A program made the position numbers and the translations under genes. The notes under the pieces were generated by a model. That model ran no database searches and had not been told where the DNA came from. It saw nothing but the letters and a program-made list of their open reading frames with translations. Source: an uncultured Flavobacteriaceae bacterium (GTDB lineage Bacteria > Bacteroidota > Bacteroidia > NS11-12g > UBA955). Taken from it: a stretch of 64,000 nucleotides of DNA. Location of the stretch: positions 116-64,115 of the forward strand of contig CAZVJY010000009.1 of the NCBI GenBank assembly GCA_964626685.1, written 5' to 3'. This document shows positions 56,627-64,000 of this stretch, piece by piece. The stretch's first letter is position 1. Each line of letters opens with the position of its first letter.

Positions 56627-57613
56627 TTAACGGCAAATCATTTCATTGAGTACCCAAAGTTTGTCGTTAAGCTCTTTTTTGCCTTTGATGGCTTCCTCAA
56701 AAGAAGTGTAAACGATTTCGTCGCGGATTACTCCGACGGCACAATTGTTTTTTCCTTCGGTTAGTCCCTTTACTGCGTGGGCGCCAAGGCGGCTGGCCAA
56801 TATTCTATCGCTTGCTGTGGGTTTTCCACCGCGCTGTATGTGGCCAAGCACGACCACGCGCGTATCGCTTTGGGGATAATGCTGCAGGAACCGACGTGAA
56901 AGATCAACTGCCTTTCCTTCCTCATCACCTTCTGCAACCACATATATGGAGAACTCTTTTTTCCGGCTTTTTTGTTCGTAATGCTTGATCAGTACATCAA
57001 ACTGGTTACCCTTTTCGGGTATCAGTATGCCTTCCGCACCACCAGCAATGCCGGCATAAAGGCCTATATAGCCGGAATCTCGGCCCATTACCTCAATAAA
57101 AAATACCCTATCATGACTTTCTGCAGTGTCTCTGATTCTGTCAATGGCGTCCATGGCTGTATTCACTGCGGTATCAAAACCGATGGTGTAGTCGGTTCCT
57201 GCCAGGTCGTTGTCAATCGTACCAGGGCATCCAATGGACGGAATACCATGTTCTTTCTGCAGATAAAGTGCGCCGGTATAAGATCCGTTTCCACCAATAC
57301 ACACCAGGCCTTCGATGCCATGTTTTTTGAGGTTATCGGCAGCTTTTGCTCTTCCTTCCGGGGTTCTGAATTCAGCACTTCTGGCAGTTTTTAGCACTGT
57401 GCCACCATATTGAATGATGTTTGATACGCTGCCTGCGTTGAGGAGCTGAATATCATCTTCGATCATCCCTTCGTAGCCACGACGAATTCCGTAGGGTTCA
57501 ATATTGTAGGCCAGACAGGTTCTTACAGCAGCGCGTATGCACGCATTCATGCCCGGAGAGTCTCCTCCAGAGGTAAAGATTCCGATTCTTTTCACGATAT
57601 GCAAAAGAAACAA
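56627..57613 (-). CDS. pfkA: ATP-dependent 6-phosphofructokinase
   Basis: IGIFTSGGDSPGMNA, IGGNGSYTGA and PGTIDNDL. The true start may be GTG at 57595 (VKRIGIF). Confidence 0.92.
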   Translation of the reverse strand: MFLLHIVKRIGIFTSGGDSPGMNACIRAAVRTCLAYNIEPYGIRRGYEGMIEDDIQLLNAGSVSNIIQYGGTVLKTARSAEFRTPEGRAKAADNLKKHGIEGLVCIGGNGSYTGALYLQKEHGIPSIGCPGTIDNDLAGTDYTIGFDTAVNTAMDAIDRIRDTAESHDRVFFIEVMGRDSGYIGLYAGIAGGAEGILIPEKGNQFDVLIKHYEQKSRKKEFSIYVVAEGDEEGKAVDLSRRFLQHYPQSDTRVVVLGHIQRGGKPTASDRILASRLGAHAVKGLTEGKNNCAVGVIRDEIVYTSFEEAIKGKKELNDKLWVLNEMICR

Positions 57614-57632
57614 AATTTACCGTTTGTTTTTC

Positions 57633-57668
57633 AACAAAAAACCCCGACGTTTCAAGTCGGGGTTTTTA
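57633..57668 (-). terminator. Rho-independent terminator after the 57686..58540 lipoprotein gene
   Basis: 8-bp stem ACCCCGAC/GTCGGGGT (57641-57648/57656-57663), loop GTTTCAA, with A/T runs on both sides. Confidence 0.7.
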
Positions 57669-57685
57669 AGTAAATCTAAGATTGA

Positions 57686-58540
57686 TTAGATGTCGCCTTT
57701 ATATTCAAACTGGATGTAATCCAGGTTGTCGGAGGCAGTTTCCTTTACATCGGTGATTTTGATGATGTAAAGACCAAAAGGCACACTTTGACCTGATTTA
57801 ACCAGGATTACGTCACCTTTGGTAATATTGGTAACGGTTGCAGCTGCTTTGGCAGAGTTGCTCTTCCACAGGTTGTAGATGAAAGAGCTGCTTGTAGCCA
57901 GATTGTAATCATTGGCTGTAACTTTTACAAACTTGCTTCCGTTGCCAGTGGTCCAAGATTTGCTGAAAATAGCATTGCTTGGAGTGCCGTCCATGATATC
58001 TTTTTCGCTGGGAGCGTCTGCGCTGTATTTAGGAGCTGATTCCGTAAGATCATAAGCACCGTTGTAGCCTGCAGGACTTTGCATGTTGTAAACAAACTGA
58101 TTCTGCTGCAGTCCGATAGCTACGGTAGCAGGGATGATTTCGATGTTCAGGCTCTGTTCAGCTGAAGTGCCATTGGCATCGATCGCTTTCACAGTAAGCT
58201 TCAATACGTCAGCTACACTGCCCTGGACTTTGTAGTTGTAGGCAAAAGTAGCTCCGTTGGCATTAACGGTAGTGTCAAAAATGATACCGGCTGTTCCGCC
58301 ATTGGTGCTGAGGGAAATAGTAACCTTGCTCAGTTTGGAATCGTTGCTTTTTGCAATAACACCAATTTTCAACACATCATCGACGCCTGCCTGGGCATCA
58401 GCGAAGGTGAAACCTGCTCCTGTTTGGAATGATAAGGTGGGCTTTGGAGCTGTTGTGTCGCCTGAGTCATCGCCGTCACAGGCAGTTAAAAATGCCAGAA
58501 CCGGAACGGCAAGGGCAAATAATACGTGCTTCATTTTCAT
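57686..58540 (-). CDS. Hypothetical lipoprotein
   Basis: MKMKHVLFALAVPVLAFLTAC lipobox. Ser/Thr/Ala-rich and beta-rich, with no enzymatic motif. Confidence 0.6.
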   Translation of the reverse strand: MKMKHVLFALAVPVLAFLTACDGDDSGDTTAPKPTLSFQTGAGFTFADAQAGVDDVLKIGVIAKSNDSKLSKVTISLSTNGGTAGIIFDTTVNANGATFAYNYKVQGSVADVLKLTVKAIDANGTSAEQSLNIEIIPATVAIGLQQNQFVYNMQSPAGYNGAYDLTESAPKYSADAPSEKDIMDGTPSNAIFSKSWTTGNGSKFVKVTANDYNLATSSSFIYNLWKSNSAKAAATVTNITKGDVILVKSGQSVPFGLYIIKITDVKETASDNLDYIQFEYKGDI

Positions 58541-58750
58541 AAATTTATTTTGAATTGATTACCGCAAAATTCGGAAAAGACTGCGATATTTCAAACAACC
58601 TTCATCGAAAATATCAATGACTTGGCTTGTGTCAGCAAAGTTGCCATATTGTCATATTTTATAACTAATTTAGCGGTTGGGTTTGCCAATTCAACGAATT
58701 TTCGGGTTCTGAAATAATCAGCAGGCAGATTTTACGTTGGTTTTGTAAGA

Positions 58751-58767
58751 TTGGCACATTGGTTGAC
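58751..58767 (+). promoter_or_regulatory. Candidate alternative-sigma (sigma-54-like) element TTGGCACATTGGTTGAC upstream of lon
   Basis: TGGCAC-N5-TTGA versus the sigma-54 consensus TGGCAC-N5-TTGC. Shares TTGGCACA-N4-T-N-GAC with the groES upstream region. No TAnnTTTG in the 231-nt gap. Confidence 0.3.
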
Positions 58768-58780
58768 CTAATTGAAATGC

Positions 58781-61285
58781 ATGTTTGATTCGAATGAAAT
58801 GTATCTGGGATTGAATTCTGATTTTGACGGAGGTGAAGAGAGTCCGGAATTTATGCCTTTGTTTTCAAAACAGGACGAGGAAGAATTTAGAAAAATGAAG
58901 CTTCCTGATGAAGTTCCTGTTTTAACTATCCGAAATACGGTATTGTTTCCGGGTGTGATATTTCCGATTACCCTGGGCAGGGATAAATCCATCAAATTGG
59001 TTAGGGATGCAGCAAAAAAAGATAAAATCATAGCTGTAGTTGCGCAGAAAAATCCTGAGATAGAAGATCCGTCTCAGGAGGATTTGTACAGTATTGGAAC
59101 CCTGGCACACATTGTCCGAACCATGCGTATGCCCGATGGTACGACAACCCTTATCATTCAGGGCAGAAAGCGCATATCCATTGATGAATATACGCAAAAA
59201 GAACCGTATTTCAAAGCAAAAATCAGCAATGTGCTTGATGAGCAAATCACAGAGGACGAACAATTTGATGCCATCATCCAAAGCATTCGCGATATTTCAG
59301 AGAAAATAATAAACCTGGCGCCGAATATACCCACAGAAGCCAATATTGCTATTCGTAATATAGACAGCAATAACTTTTTGGTACATTTTGTTGCAAGCAA
59401 CCTGAATATTGGTGTGGCGGAGAAACAGCAGGTTCTGGCCAATTCAAATCCCCGTGATAGGGCTGTGAAGGTGCTTGAGATGCTCACCAAAGAGCTTCAG
59501 ATTTTGGAATTGAAGGATGAGATTCAGAATAAGGTTCGCACAGATCTTGACAAACAACAAAGAGAGTATTTTCTTCATCAGCAGATAAGAGCCATTCAGG
59601 AAGAACTGGGAGGTGAAACCCCGGATAAGGAAATACAGAATCTTAGAGAGAAAGGAAATGCGAAAAACTGGTCCAAGTCCGTACACCAGCATTTCAATAA
59701 GGAACTTGATCGTCTGATGCGTGTAAATCCTGCATCTCCGGATTACAGTGTTGGTCTGAACTATGTTCAACTGATGATTGAGCTGCCATGGGATACCTAC
59801 ACCACGGATAATTTTGATCTGAAGTTTGCTGAAAAAGTACTGGATGAAGACCACTTTGGCCTGGAAAAGGTGAAAAAGAGGATACTCGAATACCTGGCTG
59901 TACTGAAACTGAAGGGGGATATGAAAAGTCCGATTATCTGCCTTTACGGACCTCCAGGAGTCGGTAAAACAAGTCTGGGTAAGAGCATTGCCCGTGCGCT
60001 GGGTCGTAAATATGTGAGGATGAGTCTGGGTGGATTGCATGATGAAAGTGAAATACGCGGACACCGCAAAACATACATAGGTGCTATGCCCGGACGGGTG
60101 ATACAAAACCTGAAAAAAGTGGGCAGCAGCAATCCGGTTTTTGTGCTGGATGAAATTGATAAAATGGGCAGAGATTTTAGGGGAGATCCGGGCAGTGCCA
60201 TGCTGGAAGTACTGGATCCTGAACAAAACGGTACGTTTTATGATAATTACCTGGAACTTGATTATGATCTCAGCAAGGTACTTTTTGTTGCCACGGCCAA
60301 TAACCTGGACACCATTCAGCCGGCGCTGCTGGACAGAATGGAGATTATTGAAATAAGCGGATACAGCCTTGAAGAAAAAATAGAAATTGCGAAGAAGTAT
60401 CTTATACCCAAGCAGCGAAAAGCACACGGTTTAAAAGCCACAGATTTTAAGGTTACAGACAAAGCACTTGAAATGGTAGTGGAGCAATATACCCGTGAAA
60501 GCGGTGTCCGGGGCCTGGATAAGAAAATTGCCGCGCTTGCCAGATCTGCAGCAAAAAGCCTTGCAATGGGAGAGAAGTATACCAAAAATATGGGTATTGA
60601 TGTTGTACAGGAAATTTTGGGTGCAGAGAAAATGGAGCCCGAAACCTATGAAAACAACCTCACCCCGGGGGTGGTTACCGGTCTGGCGTGGAGTCCCATG
60701 GGCGGTTCTGTTTTGTTTGTGGAAAGTTCACTGATGCAAGGCAAAGGAAACCTTACCATCACCGGTCAACTCGGCGATGTAATGAAGGAAAGTGTTAGCA
60801 TTGCACGAACTTTTCTGAAAGCACATTCAGCTTATTTAGAAATTGACAATAGGATTTTTGATCACTGGGATGTACACGTGCATTTTCCGGCAGGTGCAAT
60901 CCCGAAAGACGGGCCTTCTGCGGGTATAACCATTCTAACATCGCTGGCATCGCTTTTCACCCAAAGAAAGGTGAAAAGTCATCTGGCAATGACCGGTGAA
61001 ATTACACTTAGAGGCAAGGTGCTCCCTGTGGGCGGTATCAAGGAGAAAATACTGGCTGCCAAAAGGGCCGGAATCACAGATGTAATCATGTGTGAAGCCA
61101 ACCGAAAAGATGTGCAGGAGATCAATGCCGGATACCTGAAAGACATGAATTTTCATTATGTCGGCAACATGTTGCAAGTCCTCGATATTGCCTTGCTGGA
61201 AGAATATGCCGATCAGCCGGTGGATTTGATGGAGCCGGTTAGGAAATCTGCCAAAAAATCAGAGGACATAATAGTAAAACAATGA
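58781..61285 (+). CDS. lon: ATP-dependent Lon protease
   Basis: [15 protein letters not shown] Walker [10 protein letters not shown] catalytic Ser and GIKEK Lys. ATG at 58781 ([11 protein letters not shown]) is preferred over the listed TTG at 58772. Confidence 0.95.
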   Translation: MFDSNEMYLGLNSDFDGGEESPEFMPLFSKQDEEEFRKMKLPDEVPVLTIRNTVLFPGVIFPITLGRDKSIKLVRDAAKKDKIIAVVAQKNPEIEDPSQEDLYSIGTLAHIVRTMRMPDGTTTLIIQGRKRISIDEYTQKEPYFKAKISNVLDEQITEDEQFDAIIQSIRDISEKIINLAPNIPTEANIAIRNIDSNNFLVHFVASNLNIGVAEKQQVLANSNPRDRAVKVLEMLTKELQILELKDEIQNKVRTDLDKQQREYFLHQQIRAIQEELGGETPDKEIQNLREKGNAKNWSKSVHQHFNKELDRLMRVNPASPDYSVGLNYVQLMIELPWDTYTTDNFDLKFAEKVLDEDHFGLEKVKKRILEYLAVLKLKGDMKSPIICLYGPPGVGKTSLGKSIARALGRKYVRMSLGGLHDESEIRGHRKTYIGAMPGRVIQNLKKVGSSNPVFVLDEIDKMGRDFRGDPGSAMLEVLDPEQNGTFYDNYLELDYDLSKVLFVATANNLDTIQPALLDRMEIIEISGYSLEEKIEIAKKYLIPKQRKAHGLKATDFKVTDKALEMVVEQYTRESGVRGLDKKIAALARSAAKSLAMGEKYTKNMGIDVVQEILGAEKMEPETYENNLTPGVVTGLAWSPMGGSVLFVESSLMQGKGNLTITGQLGDVMKESVSIARTFLKAHSAYLEIDNRIFDHWDVHVHFPAGAIPKDGPSAGITILTSLASLFTQRKVKSHLAMTGEITLRGKVLPVGGIKEKILAAKRAGITDVIMCEANRKDVQEINAGYLKDMNFHYVGNMLQVLDIALLEEYADQPVDLMEPVRKSAKKSEDIIVKQ

Positions 61286-61434
61286 TTGTAAAAAAATTTA
61301 TATCGTACCTGACTTTCAGAAAACAGGACGGTCCTCAGAGTTCTTACCTCAGAATGATGCATGGGATTAACCGCATCAGTATCCTGATGTTCTTAATCGC
61401 CATAATTGTTATGCTTGTTCGGTTTTGTAAATAA
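61282..61434 (+). CDS. Unlisted 50-aa small membrane protein, ATGA-overlapped with the lon stop
   Basis: My own translation: [50 protein letters not shown]. It has one C-terminal TM helix and fills most of the lon-to-next-gene gap. Confidence 0.5.
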   Translation: MIVKKFISYLTFRKQDGPQSSYLRMMHGINRISILMFLIAIIVMLVRFCK

Positions 61435-61450
61435 AAAAATAGTATAGGCT

Positions 61451-62149
61451 ATGTCAGGATATTTCATTCTAACCATCATTATGATGCTCCTGAGTCTGGC
61501 GGTTCAGCAGAAACTGAGGAGCAAGTTCAACCACTACAGAAATTTGCATCTTTCCAATAAACTTTCCGGTAGGGAAATTGCAGAGAAAATGTTGCGTGAT
61601 CATGGAATTTCAGGAGTGCAAATCATTCAGGTGGAGGGAGAGTTAACAGATCATTACAATCCCGTAAACCGAACGGTGAACCTGAGCAGGGATGTCTACT
61701 ATGGCGAAAATGCTGCCGCAGCAGCCGTTGCTGCTCATGAATGCGGGCACGCTATCCAGCATGCTACGGCATACAGTATGCTTCAACTGCGCAGTAAACT
61801 GGTTCCATTGCAGAATATCAGCGCAACAATTCTGAATGTGGTGGTTTTCGGTGCGGCATTTATTGGTTTCGGAATTGGTGGCAGTTCCCAGCTGATTCTG
61901 GGGATCATTTTGGCATGTTATGCAGTCATTACCCTGTTTGCCCTCGTTACACTTCCCGTAGAGTTTGATGCAAGTAAAAGAGCCCTGCTCTGGATGAAGC
62001 AGCACAATATGGTGTCACAAACAGAGTTGTCGGGTGCGCAGGATAGCCTTAAATGGGCTGCCTTGACCTATGTTGCTGCCGCTGTAGGAGCCCTTGTTAA
62101 TCTTCTCTATTTTCTGCTGCAGTTTTTGGGTTCGCATAAAGATGATTAA
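61451..62149 (+). CDS. Membrane zinc metallopeptidase (YugP-like)
   Basis: HECGHAIQH (HExxH) flanked by N- and C-terminal TM segments, 232 aa. Confidence 0.78.
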   Translation: MSGYFILTIIMMLLSLAVQQKLRSKFNHYRNLHLSNKLSGREIAEKMLRDHGISGVQIIQVEGELTDHYNPVNRTVNLSRDVYYGENAAAAAVAAHECGHAIQHATAYSMLQLRSKLVPLQNISATILNVVVFGAAFIGFGIGGSSQLILGIILACYAVITLFALVTLPVEFDASKRALLWMKQHNMVSQTELSGAQDSLKWAALTYVAAAVGALVNLLYFLLQFLGSHKDD

Positions 62150-63431
62150 GTTTTTTTGGCTTGTTGCTATGTTGGGTTGCGGTTCCCTGGCAGCCCAGAG
62201 GGTACAGCTACCACTAAGTGGCAGAGGTATAGATGCAGAATATACCAAAACCATGATGATGGCCAATGTTTTTGAGTTCAGAGGCGATTCGGTTTCAAAT
62301 CCGCTGGATTTTGCTTCAGCCAAAATCAGCGACGCCGTAAAATGGAAGAAGGTGAAAGCTCCTGAAATGAGTAAATCCTACAGAAAGGGATTTGTCTGGG
62401 TGTTTAGTGCAGTAAAAACCGATGATTTTTCGGCTAATCACACCCTACTTTTAATAGAAAATCCGGGTTGGACTGCCTACAATACACTAATTTGGACCGA
62501 CCGAAACCATAATTACGATTTGACGGATGACGGTGAACCAGATACCATAAAACCCCACAGCAATGCAATCATTGCAATAGACAATAAGCCGAATGGTTTT
62601 AAAATAATGCTGGAGCATTTTCCGGCATCTCAGTTTAAGCAATTTGCGGTAATGAATGACAAAGCCATGTATCAGTTACAGGGTAGCCGCCTGTTTGCTG
62701 GCACTGAAAATTCTTTTCGAATTCGCAGAATGAATGTGCTATACGGCACCTGGCGGGCAGGTTCGAAAAGTATTGCCATTTGTATAAAAGATGTGAATTG
62801 CAATGGGATCTACGGCGATGAAGGAGTAGATGAAGCAATGGTTTCTGATGATGGAATTTCATTTCAGAATTTGCAGGCATCTGTTGTGAAAAATGGAAAG
62901 GCGTATCTAGAATGGAACAGTGCTGCATTTTTTATTGATGAAATTCATCCGGAGGGTGCATACATTCAGTTTAGGTATGATACCAGTGTGGCTTTAAGGT
63001 ATATTTTAAACAAAGGCCAGAAGTTACCCAGATTTAGGTATGCGGAACCTACGGCCAAAAACAAAACCCAAAAACGGAGGATACGTAAATTCAAGGGCGA
63101 AATGTTGTATTTATATGTGTGGCATGATCATTCACCGACGTATATTCAGGACAGCGCAGCATTGCATGCACTGGGCAGAATGGGCACCGGCATAAAGGTA
63201 CTGATGTTAAATTACGGAGCAAGCAGTCAGTATTTACACAGATATTCTAAAAAGTATGAAACAATTGTATTTCAGGGTTTTAGCTCAAATAAAATAAACG
63301 ATAAATTAAAGATCCGAAAAATTCCAACAGGAATATTGGTAAATAAAAAACAAAGAATAATTAAAGTAGCCATTTCTCCTGATGAGACTATAGATTACGT
63401 GGGTGAAACCAGGATTGTACCTAATAAATAG
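62142..63431 (+). CDS. Secreted hypothetical protein with degenerate thioredoxin-fold-like C-terminus
   Basis: Start at MIKFFWLVAMLGCGSLAAQ (62142), overlapping the upstream stop by 8 nt. The C-terminal KGEMLYLYVWHDHSPTY lines up with the TlpA-type KGKxVLxxFWASWCxPC block but lacks both Cys. Confidence 0.45.
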   Translation: MIKFFWLVAMLGCGSLAAQRVQLPLSGRGIDAEYTKTMMMANVFEFRGDSVSNPLDFASAKISDAVKWKKVKAPEMSKSYRKGFVWVFSAVKTDDFSANHTLLLIENPGWTAYNTLIWTDRNHNYDLTDDGEPDTIKPHSNAIIAIDNKPNGFKIMLEHFPASQFKQFAVMNDKAMYQLQGSRLFAGTENSFRIRRMNVLYGTWRAGSKSIAICIKDVNCNGIYGDEGVDEAMVSDDGISFQNLQASVVKNGKAYLEWNSAAFFIDEIHPEGAYIQFRYDTSVALRYILNKGQKLPRFRYAEPTAKNKTQKRRIRKFKGEMLYLYVWHDHSPTYIQDSAALHALGRMGTGIKVLMLNYGASSQYLHRYSKKYETIVFQGFSSNKINDKLKIRKIPTGILVNKKQRIIKVAISPDETIDYVGETRIVPNK

Positions 63432-63475
63432 GTTTTTTGATTCAAAAACAATAATATTGCATCTTAATCTTAGCT

Positions 63476-64000
63476 ATGAATAAAAATGTTTTAGCTGCTG
63501 TTTTGGGAGTGTTATTAATCGCTTCCATTGGCGGAAATGCTTACTTTTACTCCAAAAAAGGAGAAACAGCAAAGGCAGTTCAGGAAAAATTGCAGGTATT
63601 ACAAATGAAAGACTCACTTCAGCGTGAGTTGCAGCGCATGGAAGACTCTTTGCGCCCTTTGCTTTCCAGCTACCAGGAAGAAAATGCGAGGTTGACAGGG
63701 AAAATTGAAGAACTTGAAGGTCCCAATAATCCTAAAGTAGTTGAATTGATGGGACAAATTAACTCGCTTCGCGCCATCATTGCCCGCTCGGGTGTGCCTA
63801 CAGCTTCTACCAGTGGTGGAAAAACCGCATCTATAAGCAAAGAAGATCAGAAAAAGCTGTCTGAGTTGAAAAAACAGCTTGAAGAGAAGCAAAAGGAAAT
63901 ATCGGATCTGATGTCGAAAATCGCTGCCCTGACCAAAGAAGTTGAATCTGAGAAAGCCGGTAAAGTAGCACTCATAGAGGAAAACGCAGACATGAAAGAC
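63476..64000 (+). CDS. Membrane-anchored coiled-coil protein (5' part; runs off the window)
   Basis: My own translation from the ATG at 63476: MNKNVLAAVLGVLLIASIGGNAYFY (TM), then heptad-like KLQVLQMKDSLQRELQRMEDSL...LSELKKQLEEKQKEISDLMSKIAALTKEVE. No stop before the window end. Confidence 0.55.
   Translation, partial: MNKNVLAAVLGVLLIASIGGNAYFYSKKGETAKAVQEKLQVLQMKDSLQRELQRMEDSLRPLLSSYQEENARLTGKIEELEGPNNPKVVELMGQINSLRAIIARSGVPTASTSGGKTASISKEDQKKLSELKKQLEEKQKEISDLMSKIAALTKEVESEKAGKVALIEENADMKD

Noticed and set aside
59444-60427. 327-aa ORF antisense to lon
   Set aside because: It lies entirely inside the strongly conserved Lon AAA+ region on the opposite strand. Its sequence is low-complexity (F/I/K/Q-rich) with no motifs, so it is a typical shadow ORF.

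Overview
This 64-kb chromosomal segment is almost gap-free and reads as Bacteroidota. Supporting signs are both type-A and type-B T9SS C-terminal sorting domains, LpxC-FabZ and MoaC-MoaB fusion genes, BshB1, and exact TAnnTTTG -7 boxes in intergenic DNA. I count about 56 CDS, including one unlisted 50-aa ORF and two genes truncated by the window edges. I saw no rRNA, tRNA, CRISPR array, transposase, integrase or recognisable defence or prophage genes. The largest non-coding gaps are about 300, 231 and 132 nt.

Housekeeping blocks:
- lipid A genes lpxD, lpxC/fabZ and lpxA
- a complete molybdenum-cofactor pathway in about 7.5 kb: moaD-moeB-moaE, fdhD-mobA, moaA-moeA-TSUP, moaC/moaB
- groES-groEL, ruvX-def, purE-pssA, tag-yicC, bshB1, pepA-pdxA, cinA, rnhA, recN, pfkA, lon

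Accessory content is five T9SS cargo proteins, three of them large and repeat-rich, plus several secreted hypotheticals.

Observations most worth follow-up:
1. A 908-aa protein carries two complete D-Ala-D-Ala ligase modules. The second is changed at the Ser150 and Tyr216 specificity positions.
2. Two overlapping paralogous genes encode an erythromycin-esterase/ChaN-like domain plus a probable beta-barrel. One copy keeps the catalytic motifs and the other has lost them.
3. A tight minus-strand array encodes a T9SS cargo protein, a rhodanese, a secreted protein and a heptaheme-TPR lipoprotein.
4. A shared sigma-54-like TTGGCACA motif lies upstream of groES and lon, the two stress genes that lack a housekeeping -7 box.
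5. A 50-aa membrane ORF overlaps the lon stop codon (ATGA).
6. An orphan terminator hairpin sits in the 300-nt cinA/rnhA gap.

All functional calls come from motif recognition by eye. No database search was run.
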